IMG/VR virus record: IMGVR_UViG_3300037424_000434
Coordinates: 160,001-224,000 of that record
Direction: 5' to 3' (one strand)
Length of the DNA: 64,000 bases
Source of the DNA: a virus
Lineage: Duplodnaviria; Caudoviricetes
Shown: piece by piece, positions 10,216 through 20,443 of the stretch
Numbering within the stretch: position 1 is the stretch's first letter
Layout of the letters: every line of letters begins with the position of its first letter
Program-made: the position numbers and the translations under genes
The notes under the pieces: generated by a model
Told to the model about the DNA's origin: nothing
The model's input: the letters and a program-made list of their open reading frames with translations, nothing else
Databases searched by the model: none

Positions 10216-11880
10216 ATGTCAAGATTTTTTGAATATGACGCACCCAGCCTCATTGATGGGACAGAAAAAGTAGTTATATACCAAAATGGTGCCACGAAAA
10301 GTGCCACCATTAGCAGCATTGTATCGCCCAATACGCTCGTGGGGTTATCTGATACTGTTATAGCATATAAACAGTGGTTGGATGTTACCGATTCAGCATC
10401 TTTTTGGCCTGATATAGTTTTCGGCTCTTGGACGGGTTCCGCATACAGAACAGATTTGGGTGATTTGAAACTACGTAATCTTGCTTTACCATGGGCAGCG
10501 GGATTCCGGCCTACTCATTTTAGGGTGCATTTTGAAGTTGACGTCCCTACCACTACAGTGTCCCTTGTTATCAAGGATACTGCCAATCATGCCATGTTTA
10601 ATACTGACATTTATAATGCAGTGTCTGGTCAGGTATATGAGCTAAATACCAGTTATTATTTGGATATATTTGAGTTCTATGCTTACGGTAGTGCAGGTAC
10701 TGATCTTACCGTTACAAAAATTGAATTTTTGTATGGTGCCGAGGTGTCAGACGGTCAGTATTTTGGTGAAGTTCATTGGCTTGATACCAGTATGGTATTT
10801 AATGGGACCGCTTACGACGTAACAGGCACCGATCCGTATATCACTGTTAGAACTATCGGCGATGAGCTTACAAATTGGGCAACGGGGTACAGGCCTCCAA
10901 AAGTGAAGGTGACCTTCACAACAGCTCAACCTTCTGTATCCCTTGTTTTGACTACCGATAACGAGGGTACCATTCTCAATCAAGCGAATGCGGTCAGTGG
11001 ACAGGAATACTTGCTTGATTGGTCTTCTGGTGATAATTTATATTACATCGATTTTTTGGGTCTCGTTGCTACTGATAGTGTAGAAGCCATTGAGTTTATT
11101 GGCCCTTCGACGGCTGATGTTGAGCAATATGGGCTAATCTCGTTTGATTACGGAACAGGGCTATGGAGGGGAACGACAGATGGGATTAAAAAGCTAAAAA
11201 TTGATTCTGATGCTATGGTTTACGAACCCCAATTATCTATTCGTGGCAGTTTGGAACAAAGTGTTCCTGTAATCAGGATGAAAGAGCCATTTACAATAAG
11301 TGAAGGGGTTATCGGGGTTGATGATGTTGTATGGGAGATTGATAATAGGGGGAGACAAACCATTACAAATCGTTCTAGCTGGGGACCAACACTTACGATT
11401 AATGATTACAATCCAAATGGAAACACTGTATTTGAAATTAATAGAAGGGAACCTGCTGCGCTTACTGGTGACTTTATAACTTTTATCCAATATACAACAC
11501 CATCATCCGCCGTTGAAAAGTTTAAGGTGACTAGTGAAGGTATAGTACGGGCTAATGGATATCGGTATATGAGTGCAGTAACGGTAAATCTTGGTACAGT
11601 CACAGGCTCTTTCAGTGTTGATATGGATTTACAGAATGAGCGGTATTTCAAAGTTCAGACAGGAGTTTCAGGTACTATTACCATTCTAAACCCCCCACAG
11701 GACGCAATGGCTTTGGTGTTGGATGTTACGACAACCGCTGACGTAACATTAACCATAACCAATTCATTGCCTGTAACCGTTGATTTACTGTCAGGTAAGA
11801 AGTATAGACTAATTATCACAATGTATGATGATGGTTCTTATCCATCATATTGGGTTAAATCTGCGGAGATAGGGGTTTGA
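10216..11880 (+). CDS. Tail fibre/receptor-binding protein candidate
   Basis: 554 aa, beta-rich, two internal ~120-aa repeated modules, strong RBS. Confidence 0.6.
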   Translation: MSRFFEYDAPSLIDGTEKVVIYQNGATKSATISSIVSPNTLVGLSDTVIAYKQWLDVTDSASFWPDIVFGSWTGSAYRTDLGDLKLRNLALPWAAGFRPTHFRVHFEVDVPTTTVSLVIKDTANHAMFNTDIYNAVSGQVYELNTSYYLDIFEFYAYGSAGTDLTVTKIEFLYGAEVSDGQYFGEVHWLDTSMVFNGTAYDVTGTDPYITVRTIGDELTNWATGYRPPKVKVTFTTAQPSVSLVLTTDNEGTILNQANAVSGQEYLLDWSSGDNLYYIDFLGLVATDSVEAIEFIGPSTADVEQYGLISFDYGTGLWRGTTDGIKKLKIDSDAMVYEPQLSIRGSLEQSVPVIRMKEPFTISEGVIGVDDVVWEIDNRGRQTITNRSSWGPTLTINDYNPNGNTVFEINRREPAALTGDFITFIQYTTPSSAVEKFKVTSEGIVRANGYRYMSAVTVNLGTVTGSFSVDMDLQNERYFKVQTGVSGTITILNPPQDAMALVLDVTTTADVTLTITNSLPVTVDLLSGKKYRLIITMYDDGSYPSYWVKSAEIGV

Positions 11881-11898
11881 TGTATTACTGTGATAATT

Positions 11899-11906
11899 GA
11901 TAAATA
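11899..11906 (+). promoter_or_regulatory. Late promoter variant GATAAATA
   Basis: Intergenic, upstream of GGAG RBS of 11931 ORF. Confidence 0.55.
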
Positions 11907-11930
11907 ATATAGAAGGACAATGGAGTAATT

Positions 11931-13454
11931 ATGGCTAGAAGACATTATTGGCAGTTTCTTGTTACAGATGAAGGTAATCCTATAGAGAATGCCGATATTA
12001 CTATAACCAGTGCAGGCACAGACACCCCGGTTTTCGTGTATACCTCGGAATCCGGTGGTGCTGGTACTGCCACAGCCCCCCAAGTAACGACCAGTAGAAA
12101 GGGATATTTTGAGTTTTGGGTGGGAGATACTACCGAAGGCATTGGGTATCCGTATACCACAAAATTCAAAATAGCGTGGTATTCTGCCGGTGTTAGTGCT
12201 GGATATATAGATTATGTTGATGTGTTTTCCACTTCTGTAGCAGAAGTTGATTTGGCCAGTGTAGATACTGGTAGAAATAAAGCGGTCTCGAATTTCTTGG
12301 CTAAGGGCTGGGAAGATCATTCGAATTCGGTGCTTTATACAAACGGGGTTACTACAATTCATGGCATGTTGGCGATGAATTTAAGTGATAACACTAACAT
12401 CGATTACAACAGACTTATAAGCAATGAGTATGCATATAAATGGGATACTCACGCCGATGCTGTTATGGCGGATTCCCCTCATGGGATAAGTGGTGTTGAT
12501 GAAACCATTACGGAGGCAACAAAAAACAAAACAGTAAGCAATACCCTCGCATATGGGTGGGAACAACACCGAACAAACACGGCCCTTGACGAACATGCCC
12601 AATATTCTCTTGTTGACGGGACACGAAAATATACTGCTGGGGTTGGATACGCCAATGGGTCGATAGTTTCAGGTGTTGGTGTTGATGATTTCGTTACCAA
12701 AGCGTATGTAACAGCCATATCCAACCCGTTTGACCAAGATTTGAATACAACGGATTTTGTGACATTTGCTGGAGTTACTGTTGCAGGAACTATTCTGGGT
12801 AACGGTAGTCTACTGACAAATATAACATTTGACCAATTATTTGATGCCAATATAGTCACACCCTCAGACGGAGATATCTTAGAATATCAATCCGGGTATT
12901 GGGTGAACACACAACCAACACTAAGTTCACTGACAGATACAACAATATCAGCTCCCGCTGACTATCAAGTTCTTAGTTATTCAAGTGGCTCATGGGTGAA
13001 TGGATCAAAGATTAATCAAAATCTAATGACAACCAACTCCCCCGTATTTGCGAACTTGACTATTACTAATACACTTACAGCATCAGTATTTAGTGCTTCG
13101 ACCAGTATAGGCACCGTGAATTTGGTGGTATCCGGTGATATTACCGCACCAACATTGCCGTTGAAATATAAAACACTGGAAATCGGGGATTGGAATATGG
13201 ATGTAACAGCTAATGTGTCGGTTTTACATGGATTAACTCTTGCTAACATTAGAACTGTGGAGGGTGTTATAAGGAATGATACCGCTGTCGGAACATATGT
13301 CATTGGAGGGAGCGATACAACAAACCACTCTTGGGTTGCTGTGATGGATGGGACTAGTGTGTACTTGACGAGACTGGCCGGTGGTGGTTTCGATAATGGT
13401 GACTTTGATTCTGTTGGATACAATCGTGGTTGGATTACTATTGGATACGTATAA
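11931..13454 (+). CDS. Virion structural / fibre protein
   Basis: 507 aa; N-terminal carboxypeptidase-regulatory-like GNPIENADITI; shares DEHAQYSLVDGTRxY motif with 14502 ORF. Confidence 0.6.
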   Translation: MARRHYWQFLVTDEGNPIENADITITSAGTDTPVFVYTSESGGAGTATAPQVTTSRKGYFEFWVGDTTEGIGYPYTTKFKIAWYSAGVSAGYIDYVDVFSTSVAEVDLASVDTGRNKAVSNFLAKGWEDHSNSVLYTNGVTTIHGMLAMNLSDNTNIDYNRLISNEYAYKWDTHADAVMADSPHGISGVDETITEATKNKTVSNTLAYGWEQHRTNTALDEHAQYSLVDGTRKYTAGVGYANGSIVSGVGVDDFVTKAYVTAISNPFDQDLNTTDFVTFAGVTVAGTILGNGSLLTNITFDQLFDANIVTPSDGDILEYQSGYWVNTQPTLSSLTDTTISAPADYQVLSYSSGSWVNGSKINQNLMTTNSPVFANLTITNTLTASVFSASTSIGTVNLVVSGDITAPTLPLKYKTLEIGDWNMDVTANVSVLHGLTLANIRTVEGVIRNDTAVGTYVIGGSDTTNHSWVAVMDGTSVYLTRLAGGGFDNGDFDSVGYNRGWITIGYV

Positions 13455-13475
13455 TAATTATATTGGAGTTCGTAA

Positions 13476-13847
13476 ATGAGACTGTATAGGTATTTGGCAT
13501 TATCAAGCACGGATGAAGGGGTAAGCACCTTTCGTGCCTTGAAATTGGATTTGGTTGAGGAAGAAACTGGCAACACTGCTTTGGTCAAAAGAATGAGCGA
13601 AGACTTTGCATTAGATGACACCGCTATACAGTTATTAGAGAGAGCCAATGCAGAGCTAAAAAAGATGTATAGAGGTAAGTTGAAGTTTGATTTCTGCACA
13701 GAAAACCAAGGGTTTACTCCCGATGAAGTTAGGATTGAAATAAAAAAAGTTCGTCAGTTGAAAGAAAAGTGGTTCAAATTTAATGATGAGCTTTCGAGTA
13801 TTCAAATAGATTTTGAGGACAAGCTCAAACAAGGTTTACAAAAGTAA
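13476..13847 (+). CDS. Hypothetical protein
   Basis: 123 aa, GGAG RBS. Confidence 0.6.
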   Translation: MRLYRYLALSSTDEGVSTFRALKLDLVEEETGNTALVKRMSEDFALDDTAIQLLERANAELKKMYRGKLKFDFCTENQGFTPDEVRIEIKKVRQLKEKWFKFNDELSSIQIDFEDKLKQGLQK

Positions 13848-13863
13848 GTTTTAATGATACTAT
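13835..13863 (+). promoter_or_regulatory. Sigma70-type promoter, GTTTACA class (gp55)
   Basis: TTTACA-N17-TACTAT with TG extension. Confidence 0.7.
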
Positions 13864-13901
13864 ATATCTCAGATAATACTATATTTGTACGGAGAAGGTA
13901 T

Positions 13902-14486
13902 ATGGGGTCAACAGAAAACAATGAATTGGATATAGAAGAGATTGATATAGAAGAGATTGATATAGAAGAGATTGATATAGAAGAGATTGATATAGAAGAG
14001 ATTGATATAGAAGAGATTGATATAGAAGACGAAGTGGTTATGGACGAGAAGGCGCTGTATTACGTGAGGAACAAAGATCTCATCCCCGAAATGGAAAAGC
14101 TGGCCGCTAAAGGTGTTATGTCTGAAGAACTTGGAAGAATGCTATTATTAATAGCAAAAAATCTTTCCAATAAAGGGAATTTTATAAATTATACATGGAA
14201 AGAAGACATGGTACAAGAAGCCGCGTTGACTTGTTGTAAATATTTAAAAAACTTTGATCTTAAAAAATCAAATAACCCCTTTTCATACATAACAACAATA
14301 TGTACTCATGCTTTTGTTAATTATATCAATAAACAGAGAAAGCACTCAGATATCAAAGATACATGTTTCAATGGAAAAGACCACATGTCAGACAGCGAAT
14401 TTGGATTTACAGTAAAAGCTATAGATTACACTTCAATGGCACCTGTCACTGAAAAGAAAAAGAAAAAGAAGAAAACTGATAGTTAA
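13902..14486 (+). CDS. gp55: Late-transcription sigma factor gp55
   Basis: YYVRNKDL..LGRMLLLIAKNLSNKGNFINYTWKEDMVQEA..NFD..NPFSYITTICTHAF; GGAGAAGG RBS before ATG 13902. Confidence 0.9.
   Translation: MGSTENNELDIEEIDIEEIDIEEIDIEEIDIEEIDIEEIDIEDEVVMDEKALYYVRNKDLIPEMEKLAAKGVMSEELGRMLLLIAKNLSNKGNFINYTWKEDMVQEAALTCCKYLKNFDLKKSNNPFSYITTICTHAFVNYINKQRKHSDIKDTCFNGKDHMSDSEFGFTVKAIDYTSMAPVTEKKKKKKKTDS
13929..14029 (+). repeat. Perfect 15-nt tandem repeat (gatatagaagagatt) x6.7 encoding DIEEI
   Basis: Read directly from sequence. Confidence 0.95.
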
Positions 14487-14501
14487 ATTGGAGGACGATT
14501 A

Positions 14502-16898
14502 ATGGCTGTAAATAGAATATTTGGTGCAATAGCACAATCAGGTGGTACTGTCGGTGCCCTTGATAGTATTAATAGTTCATCAATATCAACTAATGATATG
14601 GCAATAGTAAAGGATAACACCTTAAATGCCATTCATTACTATGTCTACAGTGGTTCATCCACAACAACAGCATCACTGCCAAAGGTGATAGCACCCGTTG
14701 ACGTGGGTGTTGGGTCCGGTAGATGGTTGTTGGTGTCGGAAAGTTATTTCACTGAAAATCTGACGGTTGATACGGGTAAATATATACTGTCTAATGATCT
14801 ATATGGATTTGATGCTGCTTTGAAACTGGGATATACTCCCGGTAACGTGGCGTTGACTATATCAGATACTACAATAGCGGCAAGTCTTCCAATAACAACC
14901 ACTAGTTCTATAACATCAACGTTGCCCACAGGAACAGCTCCGATCACAACGTCAAGTACAACTCTGTGTACTGGGTTAAATGCAGAATTTTTTAATGGTA
15001 TAACATCAACAAATGTGAGTTTGTTGAATGATAACACCAACAAGTACAGCGTTATTCCACGGGTGACAGATAGTGTGTTAATAGTTCCTATTGCGGATGC
15101 AGACTTTACGACAAAAGTATATGTCGATGATCTGGTTTCGGGTGCATTTGATGGAACAATTTATAGTTTATTGGATGGTACCAGACCCTACACAGGGGTA
15201 CCGATCCTCGATGTTGCGCTGGACGCTGTAGCATCTATAACAGATTCTCGTCATTTGTCTACAAAGGGTTATGTTGACTCTGTTGTCATAACTAGCCATA
15301 GTGGATTGACTAATTTATCAGCGGATGATCATGCTCATTATATTTTGGTTGATGGTACCAGACCCTACACAGGGGTACCGATCCTCGATGTAGCATTAAA
15401 CGAAATAACCTCTATTACCGATGTTAGACATCTCGCCTCAAAGGGATATGTCGATGATCTAGTGTCAGGTGTTTCTACTGTTGCTCACTCTTCATTGACA
15501 GGATTGTCTAGTGATGATCACACTCAATATTCCCTTGTCAACGGGACAAGACCCTATCTGGGAGTCGTTGGTGGGGTAGATCCAATATTTGACAGTAACT
15601 TCGTCACCAAATCATATTCCGATTTCTACACAAATAGAGTATTATTATCATCCACAGATGCATTTTATGACTTTCTTCAGGATAAGATAGAAACAAATCC
15701 CGCTGTAGGGGTAACCACTATCTATGATGGCACCAACACTGGCGTTATTGTAGAGAAAACAAGCGAATTAGCTGGTACGGTGGCAGATGTTACTGTAGCC
15801 AATGGCGGAACCACAGCATTGTTTTTTGTGCGAGATAGCAAAGACGTTGGGTATCCAAACACCTTTCTTGATGTGACCAATGGTGGTATATTTGATAATC
15901 TTGGGGTGTCAGGAACAGATCTAACAGAAACTCAATTATACCCTGTTTCTGATACCAACCCCGGCGCTGGGGATGCGGAGGTGCGTATCAGAAATGTCAT
16001 CGGTGATGTCGAGTATATGGAAATTGTTGATGGCGGTGCCGGTCTTATTGCCGCAGATGATTGGTATTCGTTCACTCTGGTGGGGGATTATACAACAATT
16101 TCAACATGGGAAGCGCAGGTGGTGTCTGGTACAATTGTTGCGGTCAGAAGAAATACCACAGGATTCAATGCCGGTGTTGGTGTTGGATACACATATGCCC
16201 TAGATGTTACGTATATAGAGGGTATATCAGGGATATTTGTGTTGAGACCTTATATCGTGGGGACTATTGCTGGGTTTACTGTGCCAACATATGGAGATGG
16301 ATACACTTCTGCTTCCTATAATCTGACAGAGGCGACAAAAGCATCTTATACCATAACAGGGTATGGAACAGCGGGATCTTTGGGTGATTTAGACGTAACG
16401 TTTATCAATCCCGTATCAGAGAAATTAAAATATTCACATTTTAAGTCAACAACAACTCCTGTTGATTTGTATATAAGCGGATACACTGTCACGGCTGGGG
16501 CCAATATTTCGGGTATCTCATTTGATAGTTGGGGTCATATTGTTGAGATAACAGAGGCATCAGCACAACCGGCGTGGGAACTCAAAACAGGAACGGATTT
16601 TGAGATAGAATACAGCAAGAGCTATTTTGTTGACCCAAGTGCTGCGGCAAGGATTATCACCCTTCCCTATACCGTAGTTAGAGCACCTGTGATAGGTGAT
16701 TTCTTTATTATAGACAATCATACCAAAGATGCATCGTTGTATAATTTAACGATACAAGCACATGCCGGTGATGGTGGTTCACTTAATTTGTTGGTGGAGG
16801 GTGTTGCGTCACAGGATGTTGTGATTGACGTTGATGGGGCCAGAGTTATTATGACATACGTGGATGGTACATATGGTTGGAGATATAAAGTAATATAA
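14502..16898 (+). CDS. Tail fibre-like virion protein
   Basis: 798 aa Thr/Ser/Gly-rich with repeated HxxLxxLxxDDHxxY / DGTRPY / TKxYVD motifs. Confidence 0.65.
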   Translation: MAVNRIFGAIAQSGGTVGALDSINSSSISTNDMAIVKDNTLNAIHYYVYSGSSTTTASLPKVIAPVDVGVGSGRWLLVSESYFTENLTVDTGKYILSNDLYGFDAALKLGYTPGNVALTISDTTIAASLPITTTSSITSTLPTGTAPITTSSTTLCTGLNAEFFNGITSTNVSLLNDNTNKYSVIPRVTDSVLIVPIADADFTTKVYVDDLVSGAFDGTIYSLLDGTRPYTGVPILDVALDAVASITDSRHLSTKGYVDSVVITSHSGLTNLSADDHAHYILVDGTRPYTGVPILDVALNEITSITDVRHLASKGYVDDLVSGVSTVAHSSLTGLSSDDHTQYSLVNGTRPYLGVVGGVDPIFDSNFVTKSYSDFYTNRVLLSSTDAFYDFLQDKIETNPAVGVTTIYDGTNTGVIVEKTSELAGTVADVTVANGGTTALFFVRDSKDVGYPNTFLDVTNGGIFDNLGVSGTDLTETQLYPVSDTNPGAGDAEVRIRNVIGDVEYMEIVDGGAGLIAADDWYSFTLVGDYTTISTWEAQVVSGTIVAVRRNTTGFNAGVGVGYTYALDVTYIEGISGIFVLRPYIVGTIAGFTVPTYGDGYTSASYNLTEATKASYTITGYGTAGSLGDLDVTFINPVSEKLKYSHFKSTTTPVDLYISGYTVTAGANISGISFDSWGHIVEITEASAQPAWELKTGTDFEIEYSKSYFVDPSAAARIITLPYTVVRAPVIGDFFIIDNHTKDASLYNLTIQAHAGDGGSLNLLVEGVASQDVVIDVDGARVIMTYVDGTYGWRYKVI
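15174..15391 (+). repeat. 41-nt identical direct repeat, period 177 nt
   Basis: gatggtaccagaccctacacaggggtaccgatcctcgatgt at 15174 and 15351. Confidence 0.9.
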
Positions 16899-16910
16899 GG
16901 GAGAACAATA

Positions 16911-18404
16911 ATGGCTAATATTTCGGACAACGGTGATCTAACACTAAATTCAAGAGATTTATCAGCAGGTATTATAGGTGCCCATCCAACATTCATTGAT
17001 AATTTGGATGGTACCTTTGATATTGGTGCATGTGAGGTTTTGTTGTATGATAACAGCACTCATAATGGATATTTGAGGAAATACAGTATTAGTGCTGTTG
17101 CTGGGGCGGGCACAACTATCGATGCCACCAACTATTTAGTGGTTGATTATAACGCAGGGTCTCCTCAGTACCAGATCACAACTAATGTGAGTTTGATAAA
17201 CGAATCCGATGTCATTCCAGTGGTGACACTGTATAATGATACTAATCTTGATTTGCATCCAATAGAATGGGACGCTCTTGGTCAAGGGCTTAGTAACAAA
17301 TTACACACTCGCATTGTCAAGACAGCTCGTTTTGGATGGGAATCTGGACTAGCTTTGGGGGAGTCTGCCACGAGGATTGTTACAATATCTACCGGGGTTA
17401 TGTGGGTGGGTGCAGTAAAAAGCACAGTATCAGCGTTTGATTCATCTACCGGGATTTGGATATTCTGGTATAAACTTGCGGGGGTTTGGACAAAAAACGA
17501 AACAACAACCCAGTACAATAACACTCAATATCAGGGTGCAACGGATTTGGTTGCTTTAACAACTAATAACTATGGGGTCAATTGGGTATTCGTTGATGTT
17601 GATGGGGACGCGGGGTATGTATTGGGAGACGACTCGTATGCAACGTTAAGTGAGGCTAATGCGGCACAACCACCGGGAGATCTGCCTCCTGAGTTTTTGC
17701 CTAACGGGTTCTTGGTGGGGAAGATAGTAGTATTGAAGAATGCTACCGTTGCGACCCAGATAGATAGTGCATTTACACATACATTTGTGGGCACCAGATC
17801 GACAAGCCACAATAACATGAGTGGGCTTCAGGGTGGTATAGTGGATGAATATTATCACATGACCAACACTAACCACACCAACTTGGTGGGTGATTTGTGG
17901 ACTGATATTCCTTTTTCGCTGACCTCAGCCAACACACCCGGAGCAGACGCTACATATACAGCGATTGGTGGGGGGAATTATGGATATTGTTGGCGTCTCC
18001 CCGCTTCGGGTGATCCAACATTAACATTTGAAGTACAGTTGCCACACACATATAAGGCGGGTTCTGATTTAAAGCCACATTTCCATTGGTTCGTCGATGC
18101 CGTAGCGACGGATCAATTTGTCATGATATTGAGATATACCATATGGAATGTTGGTGTTGCGCCTGTGTCAGGAACTTTGACAGCAACCGTGCCTTTTACA
18201 TCAGTGGCTTATCAAGAAGTCATTACAGGGTTCGGGACGATATCCGGTACAGGGATAGTCGAAAGTACCATAATCTCATGTGAGGTTGCACGGCTGGCCA
18301 CGTCAGACGCAAATGACACATACGCGGATATCATATACTTGTTAAGCTCTGATTTCCACATTCAACTGGATAAGAGAGGTAGTACCACGGAAATTCCGGT
18401 ATAA
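16911..18404 (+). CDS. Virion structural / fibre-associated protein
   Basis: 497 aa; HNNMSGLQGG..EYYH motif seen in phage fibre proteins; GGGAG RBS. Confidence 0.55.
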   Translation: MANISDNGDLTLNSRDLSAGIIGAHPTFIDNLDGTFDIGACEVLLYDNSTHNGYLRKYSISAVAGAGTTIDATNYLVVDYNAGSPQYQITTNVSLINESDVIPVVTLYNDTNLDLHPIEWDALGQGLSNKLHTRIVKTARFGWESGLALGESATRIVTISTGVMWVGAVKSTVSAFDSSTGIWIFWYKLAGVWTKNETTTQYNNTQYQGATDLVALTTNNYGVNWVFVDVDGDAGYVLGDDSYATLSEANAAQPPGDLPPEFLPNGFLVGKIVVLKNATVATQIDSAFTHTFVGTRSTSHNNMSGLQGGIVDEYYHMTNTNHTNLVGDLWTDIPFSLTSANTPGADATYTAIGGGNYGYCWRLPASGDPTLTFEVQLPHTYKAGSDLKPHFHWFVDAVATDQFVMILRYTIWNVGVAPVSGTLTATVPFTSVAYQEVITGFGTISGTGIVESTIISCEVARLATSDANDTYADIIYLLSSDFHIQLDKRGSTTEIPV

Positions 18405-18406
18405 CG

Positions 18407-18435
18407 TTTACATATCACTTGGTATGGTGTATACT
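18407..18435 (+). promoter_or_regulatory. Sigma70-type promoter, GTTTACA class (gp47)
   Basis: TTTACA-N17-TATACT. Confidence 0.75.
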
Positions 18436-18467
18436 CCCTTGTATTAACGTATATAGGGAGTATTTTC

Positions 18468-19496
18468 TTGAAAAGAATATTAGTAACAGACACCCATTTG
18501 GGGTGTAAAAAAGCAAGTGACTTTTATCTAGAATTGGTCTTTGGTTTATTCGAGGATATAGGAGTTTATGCTCAGGACAAGGGGATAAAAGAACTTGTCC
18601 ATCTTGGTGATTTCTTCGACAACCGCAAAAGCATGTCTCTCAAAACACTATTTTATGCCAATCAAATTGGACTGAACCTAAAGCGATTCGATAAATCCTA
18701 TTTTATTCTAGGTAACCATGATCTTTTTTACAAAGATCGATATCTGCCAAACTCTTCCCAGTTATTCGAGCATATGAATCATATTGATGTCATATATGAG
18801 CCAACAAAAATTGGTAATTGTGTGCTTGTTCCATGGGTTGTTGAGGGGGAAGAGGGTGGGAGTTTTGGGGACTTCCTACAGGCAACAGATGCTAGGTTTT
18901 GTCTTGGTCATTGGGAAATCAATGGAGCCAAAATGAATGTCGCCGGAACGGTAGCAGAGAACAGTCAATGGAACTTCGGTGATTTTCGGAAGTTTGAAAA
19001 AACTATTTCTGGGCACTTCCACACAAAAGGGGTATATAATCACAATGTTGAGTATATAGGATCTCCTTTTCACATGGATTTCAATGACAGTGGTCCTAGG
19101 GGCTGGTATGTATTTGATGATGAAACAGGGGATCTTGAGTTTGTAGAATGGAGAAAATCCCCCAAGTATATTAAATGGACCGCTTTGCCTGACAATATTG
19201 TAAGTGGTGAATTTACGGGACATGTGGTGAAGGTTATCTTTGCAGAGGATTTTGGCACAACAGCCAACAATCAGATTATCGCGGATGTACAAAGCACTAA
19301 TCCCCATCAAATATTTGTCGAATATGCGTTTAGTCAGGGAATGACAACGGGCACCCGAGAAGAGGAGACTGTTGTGTTGATGGACGCCAAGGATGTACAT
19401 CAACATTTTATCGATAAAAGTGATGTTCCAACTCATTTAAACAAAAAGGTAATGGCGAAAATAGTCGAACAAATGTACGGAGAGCTAGGCGGTTGA
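18468..19496 (+). CDS. gp47: Recombination endonuclease subunit gp47 (SbcD/Mre11-like)
   Basis: TDTHLG, HLGDFFD, GNHD, SGHFH metallophosphoesterase motifs; TTG start with AGGGAG RBS. Confidence 0.95.
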   Translation: MKRILVTDTHLGCKKASDFYLELVFGLFEDIGVYAQDKGIKELVHLGDFFDNRKSMSLKTLFYANQIGLNLKRFDKSYFILGNHDLFYKDRYLPNSSQLFEHMNHIDVIYEPTKIGNCVLVPWVVEGEEGGSFGDFLQATDARFCLGHWEINGAKMNVAGTVAENSQWNFGDFRKFEKTISGHFHTKGVYNHNVEYIGSPFHMDFNDSGPRGWYVFDDETGDLEFVEWRKSPKYIKWTALPDNIVSGEFTGHVVKVIFAEDFGTTANNQIIADVQSTNPHQIFVEYAFSQGMTTGTREEETVVLMDAKDVHQHFIDKSDVPTHLNKKVMAKIVEQMYGELGG

Positions 19497-19499
19497 CAT

Positions 19500-20087
19500 A
19501 TGATAGACTATATATGTTCTATAAATTCTTACGATAATGGCTTGCTCCGAGAGGAGATAGCCCCTCCAGTAACCCAAACCCTAGGGGTGAAACCAGAAGG
19601 TGACCGCGTAAGGGTTGCCATACATCGGAGGACCGAACCATCATACTATAATAATATGGAGGTTCAGGGCGCACCATTTGTCGAACAAGTGGTTTTTGAG
19701 TTGGTGAGGTTTTGTACTCAGAGCTGGATAGAAGATTATGTCGAAAATGGGGTATCTAAGGGGAGATATCACATAATATACACCTATTCCCTTGTGCCCG
19801 AGGGCACAAGGATCGAAGATAGTGCAATGCCTAACCATAGATATGATAGGTATGGATATTCAAATACCAATCCTTTCGGGAAAATAGACGAGGGGGAGTT
19901 GAGATATCGACTTGGTGTTATTGAGAGCACCCTCCAAGAGATGAACAAAAAACCTATACTTGATCGACAAGAATTTGAGCAGATAAAGACCCGATTTAGA
20001 GGTTTGGAACAAACAGAAATAGATATACCAAAAAGATTGAGGGAATTTGATTTTTTTGAAAATGATATTAACTTTAACGTGGAGTAG
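19500..20087 (+). CDS. Hypothetical protein
   Basis: 195 aa, closely spaced after gp47. Confidence 0.6.
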   Translation: MIDYICSINSYDNGLLREEIAPPVTQTLGVKPEGDRVRVAIHRRTEPSYYNNMEVQGAPFVEQVVFELVRFCTQSWIEDYVENGVSKGRYHIIYTYSLVPEGTRIEDSAMPNHRYDRYGYSNTNPFGKIDEGELRYRLGVIESTLQEMNKKPILDRQEFEQIKTRFRGLEQTEIDIPKRLREFDFFENDINFNVE

Positions 20088-20089
20088 AT

Positions 20090-20443
20090 ATGATACAAGC
20101 AGATATGATAATAGAATGTGATGTGTGTGGAAGCACAGAAGGTGTTCAGTGTGAGATTATGATGAAAGGGTCCAGAGTTGATCGAGTATATCATCTTTGC
20201 CCCGAACACTGGGTTGAGGTGTATAGAGAATGTATTGAAAGTTTTCTGGACCACAACCCATATAAAGTGAACTCTTTTATAAAAAATGCCGCCGACAGCT
20301 TAATTATCAAACAAAGACATTTGGATAAATTGGGAGACATTACAACGGATGACGGTGTTGTTGATCTGAATATATTTGCTCCACGTACAGTTAGAATTTT
20401 GCGTACATTTGACGTAGATGCGGGGGATGAAACGAATGAGTAA
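20090..20443 (+). CDS. Hypothetical protein (CxxC...C-x-x-H)
   Basis: 117 aa, CDVC and CPEH motifs. Confidence 0.6.
   Translation: MIQADMIIECDVCGSTEGVQCEIMMKGSRVDRVYHLCPEHWVEVYRECIESFLDHNPYKVNSFIKNAADSLIIKQRHLDKLGDITTDDGVVDLNIFAPRTVRILRTFDVDAGDETNE

Noticed and set aside
10216-18404. Diversity-generating retroelement targeting fibre genes
   Set aside because: No reverse transcriptase and no template/variable repeat pair with A-specific mismatches in this window.
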